In this document: in pieces, positions 10,131-21,882 of the stretch
How positions within the stretch are numbered: the first letter of the stretch is position 1
How the letters are laid out: each line of letters starts with the position of its first letter
NCBI RefSeq assembly: GCF_004010195.1
Contig: NC_057719.1
Span: 33,725,958-33,782,907 of the forward strand
DNA length: 56,950 nucleotides
Direction: 5' to 3'
Source: Chiloscyllium plagiosum
Taxonomy: Eukaryota
Program-made: the position numbers and the translations under genes
Notes under the pieces: model-generated
Told to the model about the DNA's origin: nothing
The model's input: only the letters and a program-made list of their open reading frames with translations
Database searches by the model: none

Positions 10131-11009
10131 AAAAAAAATTTGACTTCCATTTCAAAGGTGGAGCCCATTAAGATACCAAAGGAAAATCTTACACAAATCT
10201 TGGCATAATGAGCTATTACTTCCTTCAAATACCCAGATGGAAACTATGACCTTTTAAAGAAAATCGTTCTACCTCTTTGCCTTCATTACTGAAGTGGATG
10301 GAAGTAACGTTTTTGTTGCCGTGTACTTGTTTGTCTGCAATGAGAAGTTTCAAAGACCGATGCACTTGTTTCAATAAAACTAAGTACACAGGTAGGGTTT
10401 GGCCCTGGGAAGAACTATTTAGATCTTGACGTGGGTACAAATCTAGATTTGAAAAAAATCGTTACCATCGGATGAACTAACCAATTTAAAAGAACATAGT
10501 GGGTTGATTGATTTAGAATATTGTGGAAATGTCTCCACTGCTATGGTGGATTTTTTCATGGCACTCGAAATATGATCAAAGTTTTCAGTTTGGATTGCTG
10601 GATGTGGATTGACCTAAAATCTTTTCAGTGAGGTGGAAGCTCTTAATGCAATTTTTTTTTCATGTAAGAGTGGCCTGCTGTCAGTATCGCAGTGAAGCAC
10701 ATTGGAAAGAGCTGCCTTTAGTCAACAATGCAGTGAGGCAAACCAGGAAGAATGGCCTACAGTCAATTTTTATTGAAACAATCAAGACCGACATCAATCT
10801 AATTTCATTGCCTGATGTTGGAAGGGGAGGAATTGAAGCCAGGAGGACTATCTTTTAATTAGTTGATGCTTATTCTATTATCAAGTTTTTACATTGTATG
10901 TACATTGGTGGTAAAGGTAATGGGATATATAAAAAGCAACATAAATAAGTGAACAATTCGAGTAAATAATTAACAAAAACTCATTAAGGACGACAGCACA
11001 TGTGGTGCA

Positions 11010-11195
11010 TCAAAGCTGTATCATATGGGATGGATACCTTTGTGATCCAGTGCTTACATATCCACGGTGAGGCTTTGAAGTTTGAGTTGGTTCAGCCCAG
11101 AGGTTGAGCTGGAGGCTGAACTAGACACTGCGATCGTGGAAGGGTGAACTTACCTGGATATTTGTACCAGGAGGCAGTCACAACTTATAGGATAG
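11010..11195 (+). mobile_element. Old CR1 ORF1 N-terminal relic
   Basis: degenerate GTTGAGCTGGAGGCTGAACTAGACACTGCG..TACCTGGAT..CAGGAGGCAGTCACA (VELEAEL..LR..YLD..QEAVT), comparable to 7900-8020. Confidence 0.55.
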
Positions 11196-11282
11196 GGTGT
11201 ACTGAGGCAGCATGGCGACAGAGCCAGTCAGTTGGCCTGTGAAGCCTGGAGCAGTGTTCTCGTTTCCTTGTGGAGTGGGCCC

Positions 11283-14200
11283 TGGTGTGGTGTGGGCTGG
11301 GAAGCCCGGAGTGGGACAAGATCTATGGCATGGCATGGGTGAGCGAGACATTCTCCATGGCTTGGCGTGGATTGAGAAGCCTGGAGTGGGGCACTCTCAG
11401 CAACATGTCATTGGCTGGGAAACCCAGAGTGGGTCACTCCCTGTGGCATGGTGTGGGCTGGGAAACCCAGAGTGGGTCACCTGTTGGCATGGCATGGGCT
11501 GGAAAGCCCAGAGTCAGTCACTTGTGGTGGCATGGTATGGGCAAGAGGGTCACTCTTGGTGATATGGTATGGGCTGGGAGGCCGAAAGTGGATTACTCCC
11601 TGCGGCATGGTGTGGGATGGGAAGCCCAGAGTAGATTACTCCCTGCTGCGTGGTGTGGGCTTGGAGGCCCAGAGTGGATTACTCCCTGCGGCAAGGTGTG
11701 GGCTGGGAAGCCCAGAATGGATCACTCCCTGCGGCATGGTGTGGGCTGGGAAGTCCAGAGTGGATCACTCCCTGCTGCGTGGTGTGGGCTTGGAGGCCCA
11801 GAGTGGATTACTCCCTGCGGTATGGTGTGGGCTGGGAGGCCCAGAGTGGATCACTCCCTGTGGCATGGTGTGGGCTGGGAGGCCCAGAGTGGATCACTCC
11901 CTGCTGCATGGGGTGGGCTGGGAAGCCCAGAGTGGATCACTCCCTGCAGAATGGTGTGGGCTGGGAGGCCCAGAGTGCATCACTCCCTGCAGCGTGGTGT
12001 GGGCTGGGAAGTCCAGATGGATCACCCCCTGAGGGAGGCCCAGAGTGGATTACTCCCTGCAGCGTGGTGTGGGCTGGGAGGCCCAGAGTGGATTATTCCC
12101 TGAGGGAGGCCCAGAGTGGATTACTCCCTACGGCATGGTGTGGGCTGGGAGGCCCAGAATGGATCACTCCCGACAGCGTGGTGTGGGCTGGGAGGCCCAG
12201 AGTGGATTATTCCCTGTGGGAGGCCCAGAGTGGATTACTCCCTGCGGCATGGTGTGGGCTTGGAGGCCAAGGGTGGATCACTCCCTGCGGCATGGTGTGG
12301 GCTGGATGGCCCAGAGTGGATTACTCCCCGTGATATGGTGTGGGCTGGGAAGCCCAGAGTGGATTACTCCCCGTGACATGGTGTGGGCTGGGAAGCCCAG
12401 AGTGGATTACGCCCCGTGACATGGTGTGGGCTGGGAGGCCAAGAGTGGATCACTCCCTGCGGCATGGTGTGGGCTGGGTGGCCCAGAGTGGATTACTCCC
12501 TTAGGCATAGTGTGGGCTGGGAGGCCCAGAGTGGTGTGGGCTGGGAGGCCAGAGTGGACCACTGCCTGCGGCATGGCGTGGGCTGGGAGGCCAAGAGTGG
12601 ATCACTCCCTGCGGCATGGTGTGGGCTGGGTGGCCCAGAGTGGATTACTCCCTAAGGCATAGTGTGGGCTGGGAGGCCCAGAGTGGATTACTCCCAGTGG
12701 CATGGTGTGCGCTAGGAAACCTAGAGTGAATCACTCCCTGCTGCATTGTGTGGTCTAGGAAGCCCAGAGTGGATCACTCCTGCAGCATGGTGTGGGCTGT
12801 GAGGCCCAGAGTGGATCACTCTCTGCGGCATGGCGTGGGCTGGGAGACCCAGAGTGGATCACTCCCTGCAGCGTGGTGTGGGCTGGGAGGTCCAGATGGA
12901 TCACTCCCTGAGGGAGGCCCAGAGTGGATTACTCGCTGCAGCGTGGTGTGGGCTGGGAAGCCCAGAGTGGATTACTCTCTGCGGCATGTTGTGGGCTGGG
13001 AGGCCCAGAGTGGATCACTCCCTGCGGCATGGTGTGGGCTGGGAGGCCCAGAGTGGATTACTCCCTGCGGCATGGTGTGGGCTGGGAGGCCCAGTGTGGA
13101 TTACTCCCTGCATCCTGGTGTGAGCTGGGAGGCCCAGAGTGGATCACTCCCTGCAGCATGGTGTGGGCTGGGAGGCTAGAGTGGATTACTCCCTGTGGCA
13201 TCGTGTGGGCTAGGAGGCCCAGAGTGGATTACTCCCTGCGGCATGGTGTGGGCTGGGAGGCCCAGAGTGGATCATTCCCTGCAGCGTGGTGTGGGCTGGG
13301 AGGCCCAGATGGATCACTCCCTGAGGGAGGCCCAGAGTGGATTACTCCCTGCAGCGTGGTGTGGGCTGGGAAGCCCAGAGTGGATTACTCCCTGCGGCAT
13401 GTTGTGGGCTGTGAGGCCCAGAGTGGATTACTCCCTGCGGCGTGGTGTGAGCTGGGAGGCTAGAGTGGATCACTCCCTGCTGCATGGTGTGGGCTGGGAG
13501 GTCCAGAATGGATTACTCCCTGCGGCGTGGTGTGGGCTGGGAGGCTAGAGTGGATCACTCCCTGCTGCATGGTGTGGGCTGGGAGGCCCAGAGTGGATTA
13601 CTCCCTGCATCATGGTGTGAGCTGGGAGGCCCAGAGTGGATCACTCCCTGCAGCGTGGTGTGGGCTGGGAGGATGGAGTGGATTACTCCCTGTGGCATGG
13701 CGCGGGCTGGGAGGCCCAGAGTGGATTACTCCCTGCAGCATGGCGTGGGCTGGGAGGCCCAGAGTGGATTATTCCCTGTGGCATGGTGTGGGCTGTGAGG
13801 CCCAGAGTGGATTATTCCGTCAGGGAGGCCCAGAGTGAATTGCTCCCTGCATCATGTTGTGGGCTGGGAGGTCCAGAGTGGATTATTCCCTGTGGGAGGC
13901 CCAGAGTGGATTACTTCCCGTGACATGGTGTGGGCTGGGAAGCCCAGAGTAGATTACTCCCCGTGACATGGTGTGGGATGGGAAGCCCAGAGTGGATTAC
14001 TCCCTGCGGCATGGTGATGGCTGGGAGGCCCAGAGTGGATCACTCCCTGCGGCATGGTGTAGGCTGGGACGCCCAGTGTGGATTACTCTCTGTGGCATGG
14101 TGTGGGCTGGGAGGCCCAGAATGGATCACTCTCTGCAGCGTGGTGTGGGCTGGGAGGCGCAGAGTGGATCACTCCCTGCAGCGTGGTGTGGGCTTGGAGG

Positions 14201-14705
14201 CCCAGAGTGGATCACACCCTGCAGTGTGGTGTGGGCTGGGAGGCCAAGAGTGGATTATTCCCTGAGGGAGGCCCAGAGTGGATCACTCCCTGAAGTGTGG
14301 TGTGGGCTGGGAGGCCCAGAGTGGATTACTCTCTGCGGCATGCTGTGTGCTGGGAGGCCCAGAGTGGATTACTCCCTGCGGCATGGTGTGGGCTGGGAGG
14401 CCCAGAGTGGATTACTCCCTGTGGCGTGGTGTGGGCTGGGAGGCCCAGATGGATCACTCCCTGAAGGAGGCCCAGAGTGGATTACTCCCTGCAGCGTGGT
14501 GTGGGCTGGGAAGCCCAGAGTGGATCACTCCCTGCAGCGTGGTGTGGGCTGGGAGGCCCAGAGTGGATTATTCCCTGTGGGAGGTCCAGAGTGGATTACT
14601 CCCTGCGGCATGGTGTGAGCTGGGAAGCCCAGAGTGGATTACTCCCTGCGGCATGGTGTGGGCTGGGAATCCCAGAACAGGATTCTGGTGATGGCATGGT
14701 GTTGT
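11283..14705. repeat. 43-bp GC-rich minisatellite (roughly 80 units)
   Basis: unit GAGGCCCAGAGTGGAT(T/C)ACTCCCTGCGGCATGGTGTGGGCTGG; period 43 (e.g. CCCAGAG at 12961 and 13004); shortened ~27-bp variants; diverged units at left end. Confidence 0.97.
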
Positions 14706-16361
14706 AGCGGGGATGGCGAAGTTGGACTCTTTTTAAGTTTTCTTTTGTTTATTTTACTCTAAGTTAACGTGAATGGCGTCTATGTACGTGTGATTGTACA
14801 CACTTTTCACGGCATTTTACATTGAATACACACGACAATAAAGGATATTCTAAACTTTCATCTAAATGAGGAATTAATTGAAGGTTTATAAGACAATTTT
14901 TTAGACCAACATGTTCTGGTACTGACCAGAGAGCAGTCTGTTCTAGACATGCTATTGACAAACAAGACAGGATTATAAAATCATAAAAACACTCCTGGGT
15001 TACAACAACCATAAAATCATTGAATGTTACGAACAGTTTAAGGGAAAGAAGTATGGATTCAACACTAATATTTTAAATTTAAAGAAGGGCAACTAGAAAA
15101 AATATAACTGGTAGATCAGTTTAACAGATTGGTCAATAGGGATGCGGCAGCAAACAGTTAAATGGATTTTCCAGAAAATGCAGAATACGTGCATTCCAAA
15201 GAAAGAAGAGAAATTCTAAGGGATGATCCTGCAAACTGTGGTGAACTAAAAAAAAATTCAAAAATCATATCAAACTCAAAGAAAAGGTTTATGTGCAAAT
15301 ATAGCTGGCAGGTCAGAAAATTGGGCAGACTATGAAAAAAAAACAAAGAAAAGAATTCCTAAAAGATGAATAAGGAGAGAAAAATGAGAAGGTTAGCCAT
15401 AAATATAAAAACAGAAAGGAAACATACGCAAATACTTTAAAAAGAACAAAAAGAGAACAATGTGTTGGTCTTATAGAAAGTGAGTCTGGGGAATTAATAA
15501 AGGAGGATAAAGATATGGCAGACAACTTGAAGAGATATTTTGTGTTGATCCTCACTGAAGAGAATACAAATAACATCCCAGAGATAGCTATAAATAAGGA
15601 TTTCAAAGGGATAGAGGAATCCAGGAAAATTACAATTACTAGGGAATTAGTATGGAATAAATAGTTAGAACTGCAAGTTGACAAGTGCCCAGGTCTTAAT
15701 GGATTTTATCTTCGGTTCTTAAAACAAGTAACTAGTGAAATAGTTGATGCATCAGTTGTAATTTTTCAAAACTCATTCAGGGTAATTTTCTTTATATTGA
15801 AAAAAAGCTATTGCTATTTATTCAAAAGGGGAGAGAGGCAGAAAGCAGGAAACTGCAGGGCTGTTAACATTTGTCATAAGGAACATGCGATAAACTCTTA
15901 TTAAAGATGTTATAACAGGAAACTTGGATAAGTTCAAAGTAATCAGGCAGTCAACATAGTTTTGTCAAAAGGAAATCATATTTAACTAATTTATTTGAGT
16001 GTTTTGAATAAGTAACTTGTGCTGTAAATAAAGGAGAATCGGTGGATTCATTGTGCATTCATTTCACACTAAAAGGTTATTGTAGAAAATGAAAACAAAT
16101 GATGCAAAGGTAACATATACACATAGGGAGAAGATTGGCTCACTAACAGGAAGTAAATAGTAGGAATTAGTCACTGTTTTTCAGGCTGGCAGGATGTCAG
16201 AAGTGTGCCACGGTGCTTGGCACTGAGGCCTCAAATTTTTACAATTAATGTAAATAATTTGAATGAAGGATTGAAAGTGTGGTAGCTAAATCTGCTGGTG
16301 ACTCTAAAGTAGACAGGGAGGTGAGCTGTGAGGTTGAAATAATGAGCTGCCAAGACATATA

Positions 16362-16545
16362 GGAATTGGTTTAGCTCAGTTGCTGGATTGTTGGTTTTGC
16401 AGAACAGTGTGATACCGACAGCATGGGTTCAATTCCCATCACTGGTTTGAGGTTACCTTACCTGAGGTCTGGTCGCCCTCGGATTAACTCACCACCAGTT
16501 GCTTCTCTCTAATGAGAGAACAACCCCCATGGTCTGAAAAGCCTA
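16362..16545 (+). mobile_element. tRNA-derived SINE (different family) nested in CR1
   Basis: TTAGCTCAGTTG A-box and GGTTCAATTCCC B-box. Confidence 0.6.
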
Positions 16546-16850
16546 TGTGAAACAACTCAAAGGATTATGTGAGTGGTTAAAGACCTAGCAAATTGATAGT
16601 GTAAAATTGTCCATTTTGGCTAAAGGAATAAAAAAAATATATAATTTAAATGGTGAGAGATTGCAGAGCTCTGAGATGTAGAGAATTCTGGGTGTCTTAG
16701 GGCAGGAATCACACGATGTTCGTCTGCAGGTTGATAAGTAATCAGGAAAGCTAACAAAACATTATGTATAATTATAAGGGGAATTGAATACCAGAGTAGG
16801 GTGGTTATGCTTCAGTTATACAAGGTATTGCTGAGGCTGCATCTGGAATA

Positions 16851-17068
16851 CAGTTGGTTCTGTTATAAAGCAAGTTTCTTCAAATTGAATTGGTTTTAAT
16901 GAGTTCAAAAATTTAGACTATTATTTGTCGAATGAGAACTTTCCTTACCAGTATTGGCTATAATACGATTCCAGTCCCACTAGTTTAAATGGTGAGGTTA
17001 TTATGAAATTTTCTTATAATGCAAGATTGAATGAGAATGGAACTATCACATTACATCAGAACTGACTG
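16851..17068. mobile_element. Tc1/mariner-pogo (Tigger-like) MITE
   Basis: imperfect TIRs CAGTTGGTTCTGTTATAA / TTACATCAGAACTGACTG, TA on both sides; removal restores CR1 CTGGAATATTGTGTACAG (LEYCVQ). Confidence 0.8.
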
Positions 17069-17564
17069 TATTGTGTACAGCGCTGTTCACTATACCTATA
17101 GGATGATGTTGATGTGTTGGAAGCAGTTCAGAGATGGTTTAATGGACTAATATCTATGATGAACAGATTTCTATATATGGAAAGGTTAAGATATATCCTG
17201 TGGGGTTTATAAGTATCAGAGGTGAAGTACTTGAAATATCTAAGATCCTGAGGGGACTTGACTGGATGTATGTAGATGTGGAAAAGACATTTCCTCTTGT
17301 GGGAAAATCTAGAACTAGGGGTCAATTTTTAAAAAAATGTCACCCATTTAAGACAAAGATGAGGAATTTTTTTTTCCCTCAGAAGATTGTGAGTTTTTGG
17401 AATTCCTTCCTCAAAGGGGAATGGATGCAGAATCTTTAAATATTTTAAAGGCAGAGGTAGATAGATTAACAAAGGAATGAAAGATGATCAGGGCTTTGCA
17501 GGAATGTAGAGTTGATGTTAAATTCAGATCAATCATGACCTCACTGATTGCGCAATGATACTAT

Positions 17565-17740
17565 CACTTTAAGAAGTGTACTTGGTCCTGGTTTCTTTCA
17601 TGATGGGGCAGAGATGATGAGTAGTCTGCTCCAAAACCAATCAAGTAAACAAATTGCGAGGTCTTGTGTTTTTTTAAAGTTGGAACAATAGAAGCTGTCT
17701 TCTTAATATATTTTAAAAGGGTTTGGTTTGGTCCATAACA
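17565..17740 (+). mobile_element. Partial LTR related to the solo LTRs at 44893 and 55603 (opposite orientation)
   Basis: ends GGTCCATAACA, the reverse complement of the TGTTATGGACC terminus at 55603. Confidence 0.55.
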
Positions 17741-17742
17741 TA

Positions 17743-17875
17743 ATTCTGGATTAGTGGTGCTGGAAAAGCACAGCAGTTTAGGCAGCATCCAAGGAGCAGT
17801 AAAATCGACATTTCGGGCAAAAACCCTTCATCAGGAATACTGGCAAAGAGCCTGAAGGGGGGAGAGATAAATGAC
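17743..17875 (-). mobile_element. PLE pseudo-LTR fragment with hammerhead motif (17807-17834)
   Basis: reverse complement CTGATGA-AGGGTTTTTGCCC-GAAA-TGTC followed by GATGCTGCCT..CTGTGCTTTTCCAGCACC. Confidence 0.75.
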
Positions 17876-18064
17876 AGGACCGGCTTGAAGGGCCAACTGG
17901 CCTGTTTTTGTTCTTGTTAACATGTTCAGCTTTGTCATTATAGAGAATCTATCAGGGAAGGAAAAGCTATATAATTGTAATAACGTCGACTTAACACAAT
18001 TTGGAGGAGGAATACCTCTACTAAGAGCCTGTTTCACATGTTTAAATATTGTTTACATTGATGA

Positions 18065-18610
18065 TGCTGGAATGGTATAGGCCACAACTGGTTTACTGCA
18101 TGCCATTTTGGTCACCACATTAAAGGAAGGATGTAGTTGCGCTGGAGAGGGTGTAGATGAGATTTCCCAGGATACTTCCTTCCATAGTGGGTCTGAGCTG
18201 TGAGGAAAGATTGGATACACTGATTTTGTTTCTTTCTGACAGCAAAAGTTGAAAGCCCTTTATGCACCTAATAATGGTGCATAAGATTAAAATGATCTTA
18301 GATAAGGTGGATAGGAAGGCAATTTTTCCATTTATAGAGAGGTCAAAAAGCAGAGGACAAAGATTTATGGTAACAAGCAGAAGACGCAGAGATCAGTCGA
18401 GGAGAAATTTTTAATACAGTGAATGGTGCGAGTTTAACTCTTGCCTGAAAGGGTGCTTGTGTCAAAAAAAAATGTAACATTTAAGCAGCACTTAAATATT
18501 AACTTGCGCTGCTGGAGCTTTCAGGATTCTGGAAAGTGGGATTGGTATAATCAGACATTTGTTGATGACATGGACATAATGGGTCAAATGGTCTCCTACT
18601 GTGCTGTGCT
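18065..18610 (+). mobile_element. Old CR1 3' fragment
   Basis: degenerate FWSP..KDV.ALERV..RF and 3' UTR ATGGACATAATGGGTCAAATGGTCT. Confidence 0.65.
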
Positions 18611-19714
18611 TAAGTGGCTACTGACTACAGCAACAAATCCACGAATTATTTGAACTCAATTAATAATTTGATTGTGTTAGGACTATTTCCTAATTAAATA
18701 TTTGAAAGAGGAGACTGTACAAATGCCTGTTTGCTTAGAAAGAGGATTTATCATCTCAGTGTTGACATTAATATTTTGAACACAAAAAATATGATTTTTA
18801 CAGAGCTGAAAGATTGGGATAAAATCTACCAAAATCAAAAAGGATAGAAAATAACGATGAAGAATTATTTTGCTCAAAATTATATTTCCAATACAGTAGC
18901 CAAACTTAGGGAAAACATCATAATCTCTATAATAGTTATCCCAACAAGATAAAGAATAAAAGTCCCTCAACATGTATTTACATTTAGCTGTGAATTTAAT
19001 CAGTTATTTTCATGAAAATGTGAGTCTTTCTTAACTTCCATTAAATATTAAAAATGTTTCTATATGGAACACAAAATAACGATGACTGATATATTGAAAT
19101 AATTAAGTGGGGTAATGTGAGGCTGTGTTAAACTATACAGTTAATGTCACGGCTGAGTTCTTCTGATTCTTGGAAGGCATCAGTGGGATATTTGAAAACA
19201 GCAGCGGTAACTGCACTAAATGCAATCCTGCCTTACCCTTATTAAATTGGGTATGAAATTTGAAAAAAAATGGGATCTACAATTTCTTCAGCGGTTGGAA
19301 TGTTTTATCTATTTTTTAGAATTATTTTATGCAGATGTCTTTTTTTCACTATCTCTCTCTCTCTTTCTCAGAATGTGCACTAGGCTTGGTTCCCTGACTG
19401 TTTTAATTTATAAATCTACTTCTTTACACAAACACCCAATTAGTTTTAAAATGTCTGTTTCTATAACTCCTGTGGCTGTTTTGAGAGCATTAATGACATA
19501 TTAATGATAAAGAAGTTCATATTGAAGTTAAACATTAAGTATTTTACTCTTGGTAAATTTCCTTTACTATCTCTAATTGATTGCAAGTTTCTGTTTACTT
19601 ACAACAATGTGTTTGTGGTCATAAACAGGTAACCCTGATTTGATACATAGCCTCATGATGTAGAACAAAAGAGCATTTGACTTGCCATTGACAAGATTTT
19701 GTTTTGTAAAGATG

Positions 19715-20925
19715 TTGATTGATTGACTGATTGATTGTCACATGTACCGAAGTACAGTGAAAAGCTTTGTTTACAAGCAGGACAGGCAGATCATAGTAAG
19801 CAAGGGTGTGCAGATCAAAAAGACTTAGACAGAGGCATATTGTTATGTTGCACAGGGCGTACGCGAGGCAAGATCAGCATCAGCAAGATCCGCAATATTT
19901 GAGGCTATAGAGCCCATTCATCAATCTAATAATGACTGGGAAGAAATTGATCCTGAATCTGCTGGTGCATGCGTTCAGGCTTCTGTATCCTCTGCCCGAT
20001 GGAAGAGATTGTAAGAGAGCATTACTGAGGTGTAATGGGTCTATGATGATGTTGACAGCCTTTCCACAGCAGTGAGCCATGTAAATGGGATCCATGGATG
20101 GAAGGTTAGCTTCTGTGCTGGTCTGGGCTGTGCACACCACCTTCTGTAGCTTGTTATGGTCCTCGGCAGAGCAGTTGCCATATCAGGCCGTTATGCACCC
20201 GGACATGCTTTCAATACTGCATCTGTAGAAGTTGGTGAGGCTCCTTATTGACATGGAAATGTGTTGCTGGAGAAGCGCAGCAGGTCAGGCAGCATCTAGG
20301 GAACAGGAGAATCGACGTTTCGGGCATTAGCCCTTCTTCAGGAATGCCCGAAATGCTAATGCCCGAAACGTCGATTCTCCTGTTCCCTAGATGCTGCCTG
20401 ACCTGCTGCGCTTCTCCAGCAACACATTTCCATCTCTGATCTCCAGCATCTGCAGACCTCATTTTCTCCTTATTGGCATGCCAAATTTCCTGAGCTGCCT
20501 GAGGAAGAAGAGGTAGGGTTGTGCTTTCTTGACCATCACATCTACGTAGCATGTCCAGACTGATTTATGGTTATCGTCACTCTGAGGACCTTGATGTTCT
20601 CCAACCTTTAAACCTCAGTTCCATCAATGTAGATGGGGACACATTCTTCTTCTTTCTTTCTGAAGTTAATGACCAGTTCTTTAGTTTTGCTGACATTGAG
20701 AGAGAGGTTGTTCTCATTGCACCACATCACCAAACCCTCTATCTTCCTTCTGTTTTTCGACTCATCATTGTTAGATATCCAACCCACCATGGTGATGTCG
20801 TCAGCAGACTTGTAGATGTGTTCATTTGGAATTTGGTGATACTGTCGTGGGTGTACAGGGAGTACAGTAGGGGATTGAGGACATATCCTTGGGGGGGTCC
20901 AGTGTTGAATGTTATTTTAGAGGAG
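19715..20925 (-). mobile_element. Rex1/Babar-type LINE, 5'-truncated
   Basis: TGPPQGYVLNPLLYSLYTHD, WCNENNLSLNVSKTKELVINFRK, LPSGRGYRSL..TSRFRINFFP; 3' end CTTTTCACTGTACTTCGGTACATGTGACAAT plus (CAAT)n tail. Confidence 0.85.
20256..20469. mobile_element. Fold-back mini-PLE nested in Rex1, with intact hammerhead core on minus strand (20314-20341)
   Basis: perfect 79-bp inverted repeat 20253-20331 / 20355-20433; TSD CTCCTTATTG(A/G)CATG at 20241-20255 and 20466-20480. Confidence 0.9.
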
Positions 20926-20988
20926 TACCATGATGAATTCATCAACTAATGACGATTGACAGCTAGCTACCAAGCTTTGTTACATTTT

Positions 20989-21082
20989 CCTGCTCCTCGG
21001 ATGCTGCCTGACCTGCTGTGCTTATCCAGCACCACTCTAATGTAGACTCTGATTTCCAGCATCTGGAGTCCTCACTGTTGCC
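20989..21082 (+). mobile_element. Short PLE 3' terminal fragment
   Basis: CCTGCTCCTCGGATGCTGCC..CCAGCATCTGGAGTCCTCACTG; TSD TACATTTT at 20981-20988 and 21083-21090. Confidence 0.75.
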
Positions 21083-21882
21083 TACATTTTAAAGCAGGCA
21101 AGTTGACTGTGATTGGTCAAAGCATTGCCCCGAGAAATGAACCAGTAAATGGCTATTACTATTTTGTTGAGTTGAAACGATGTAGTGCTTGTACATGTTA
21201 TCATTGTCTGCCAAGAATAGGGCCTTGTGTATTAATATATGCAACTTCTTGTACATGTCAGCATGTCAAATTGTGATTCCAAGTGAAAATCCTAAATTAT
21301 CTGTTAGCATAATACTTTGTAAATTCTGAATTATCCAGTAAGTGTTGACCAATGCAGATGTTCAAAAGAACATGCCTTGTTTGGTTTTCTGACAAACACC
21401 ATTCTAAAATGCACTGTAGAGATCTGGAACCTGAACATTACAGCAGGGATGTGTATACGGGGAAGGGAGAATACGGTCAGTATGGCACCTTTACTGTAAC
21501 GTCCAAAACACCACCTTTAGTAATAGGTTACACCTAGTAGCCAGGATAGGCCTAATCAAGCTCATAGACATCTTTATGAGGAGTGAGATCTTTGTCAATG
21601 TCAGTGAAGTATGACACTGACATTGAACTCCTGCTAGAAAAATTACAGCGGGTCCAGTTACAATCACATTTTTGCTACTGTTATTCAGCAAACAAAGCAA
21701 ATTCAGAAGGGTATCAGAGAAATTAAAGTGACTAATTGGTAGGATGACTGCTGGAACTGGAGCTCATACATACAGATATACCTGTGGGTGCATCACTTAA
21801 CACTACTCACTATGTCAATCCTGTTTACTTTGATCTACGTCATCATTCTCACCGTGAAATGTGTCAAAAACATCATGAGAGA

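Larger units (their letters stand above)
14860..17560 (+). mobile_element. Long decayed CR1 ORF2 (endonuclease to RT to 3' UTR) with nested SINE and MITE
   Basis: FLDQHV..TREQ.VLD, PGLNGFYLR.LK, LTNL.E.F, HLEYCVQ and ..VGKSRTRG motifs in order, many stops. Confidence 0.8.

Noticed and set aside
10197..10247. 51-bp minus-strand exon candidate FPSGYLKEVIAHYAKIC in phase with 4004-4171
   Set aside because: Weak acceptor, and the partner segment is explained as antisense Gypsy RT
11283..14705. Minus-strand CCTCCCAGCCCAC is one mismatch from the human PRDM9 hotspot motif CCTCCCTNNCCAC
   Set aside because: PRDM9 specificity is allele- and species-specific, so a match to the human motif has no meaning in a shark
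11212..14707. Many overlapping W/G-rich ORFs as a repeat protein, or the array as CRISPR
   Set aside because: The ORFs arise from a stop-free 43-bp unit and are broken by variant units; there are no unique spacers or cas genes, and the context is eukaryotic
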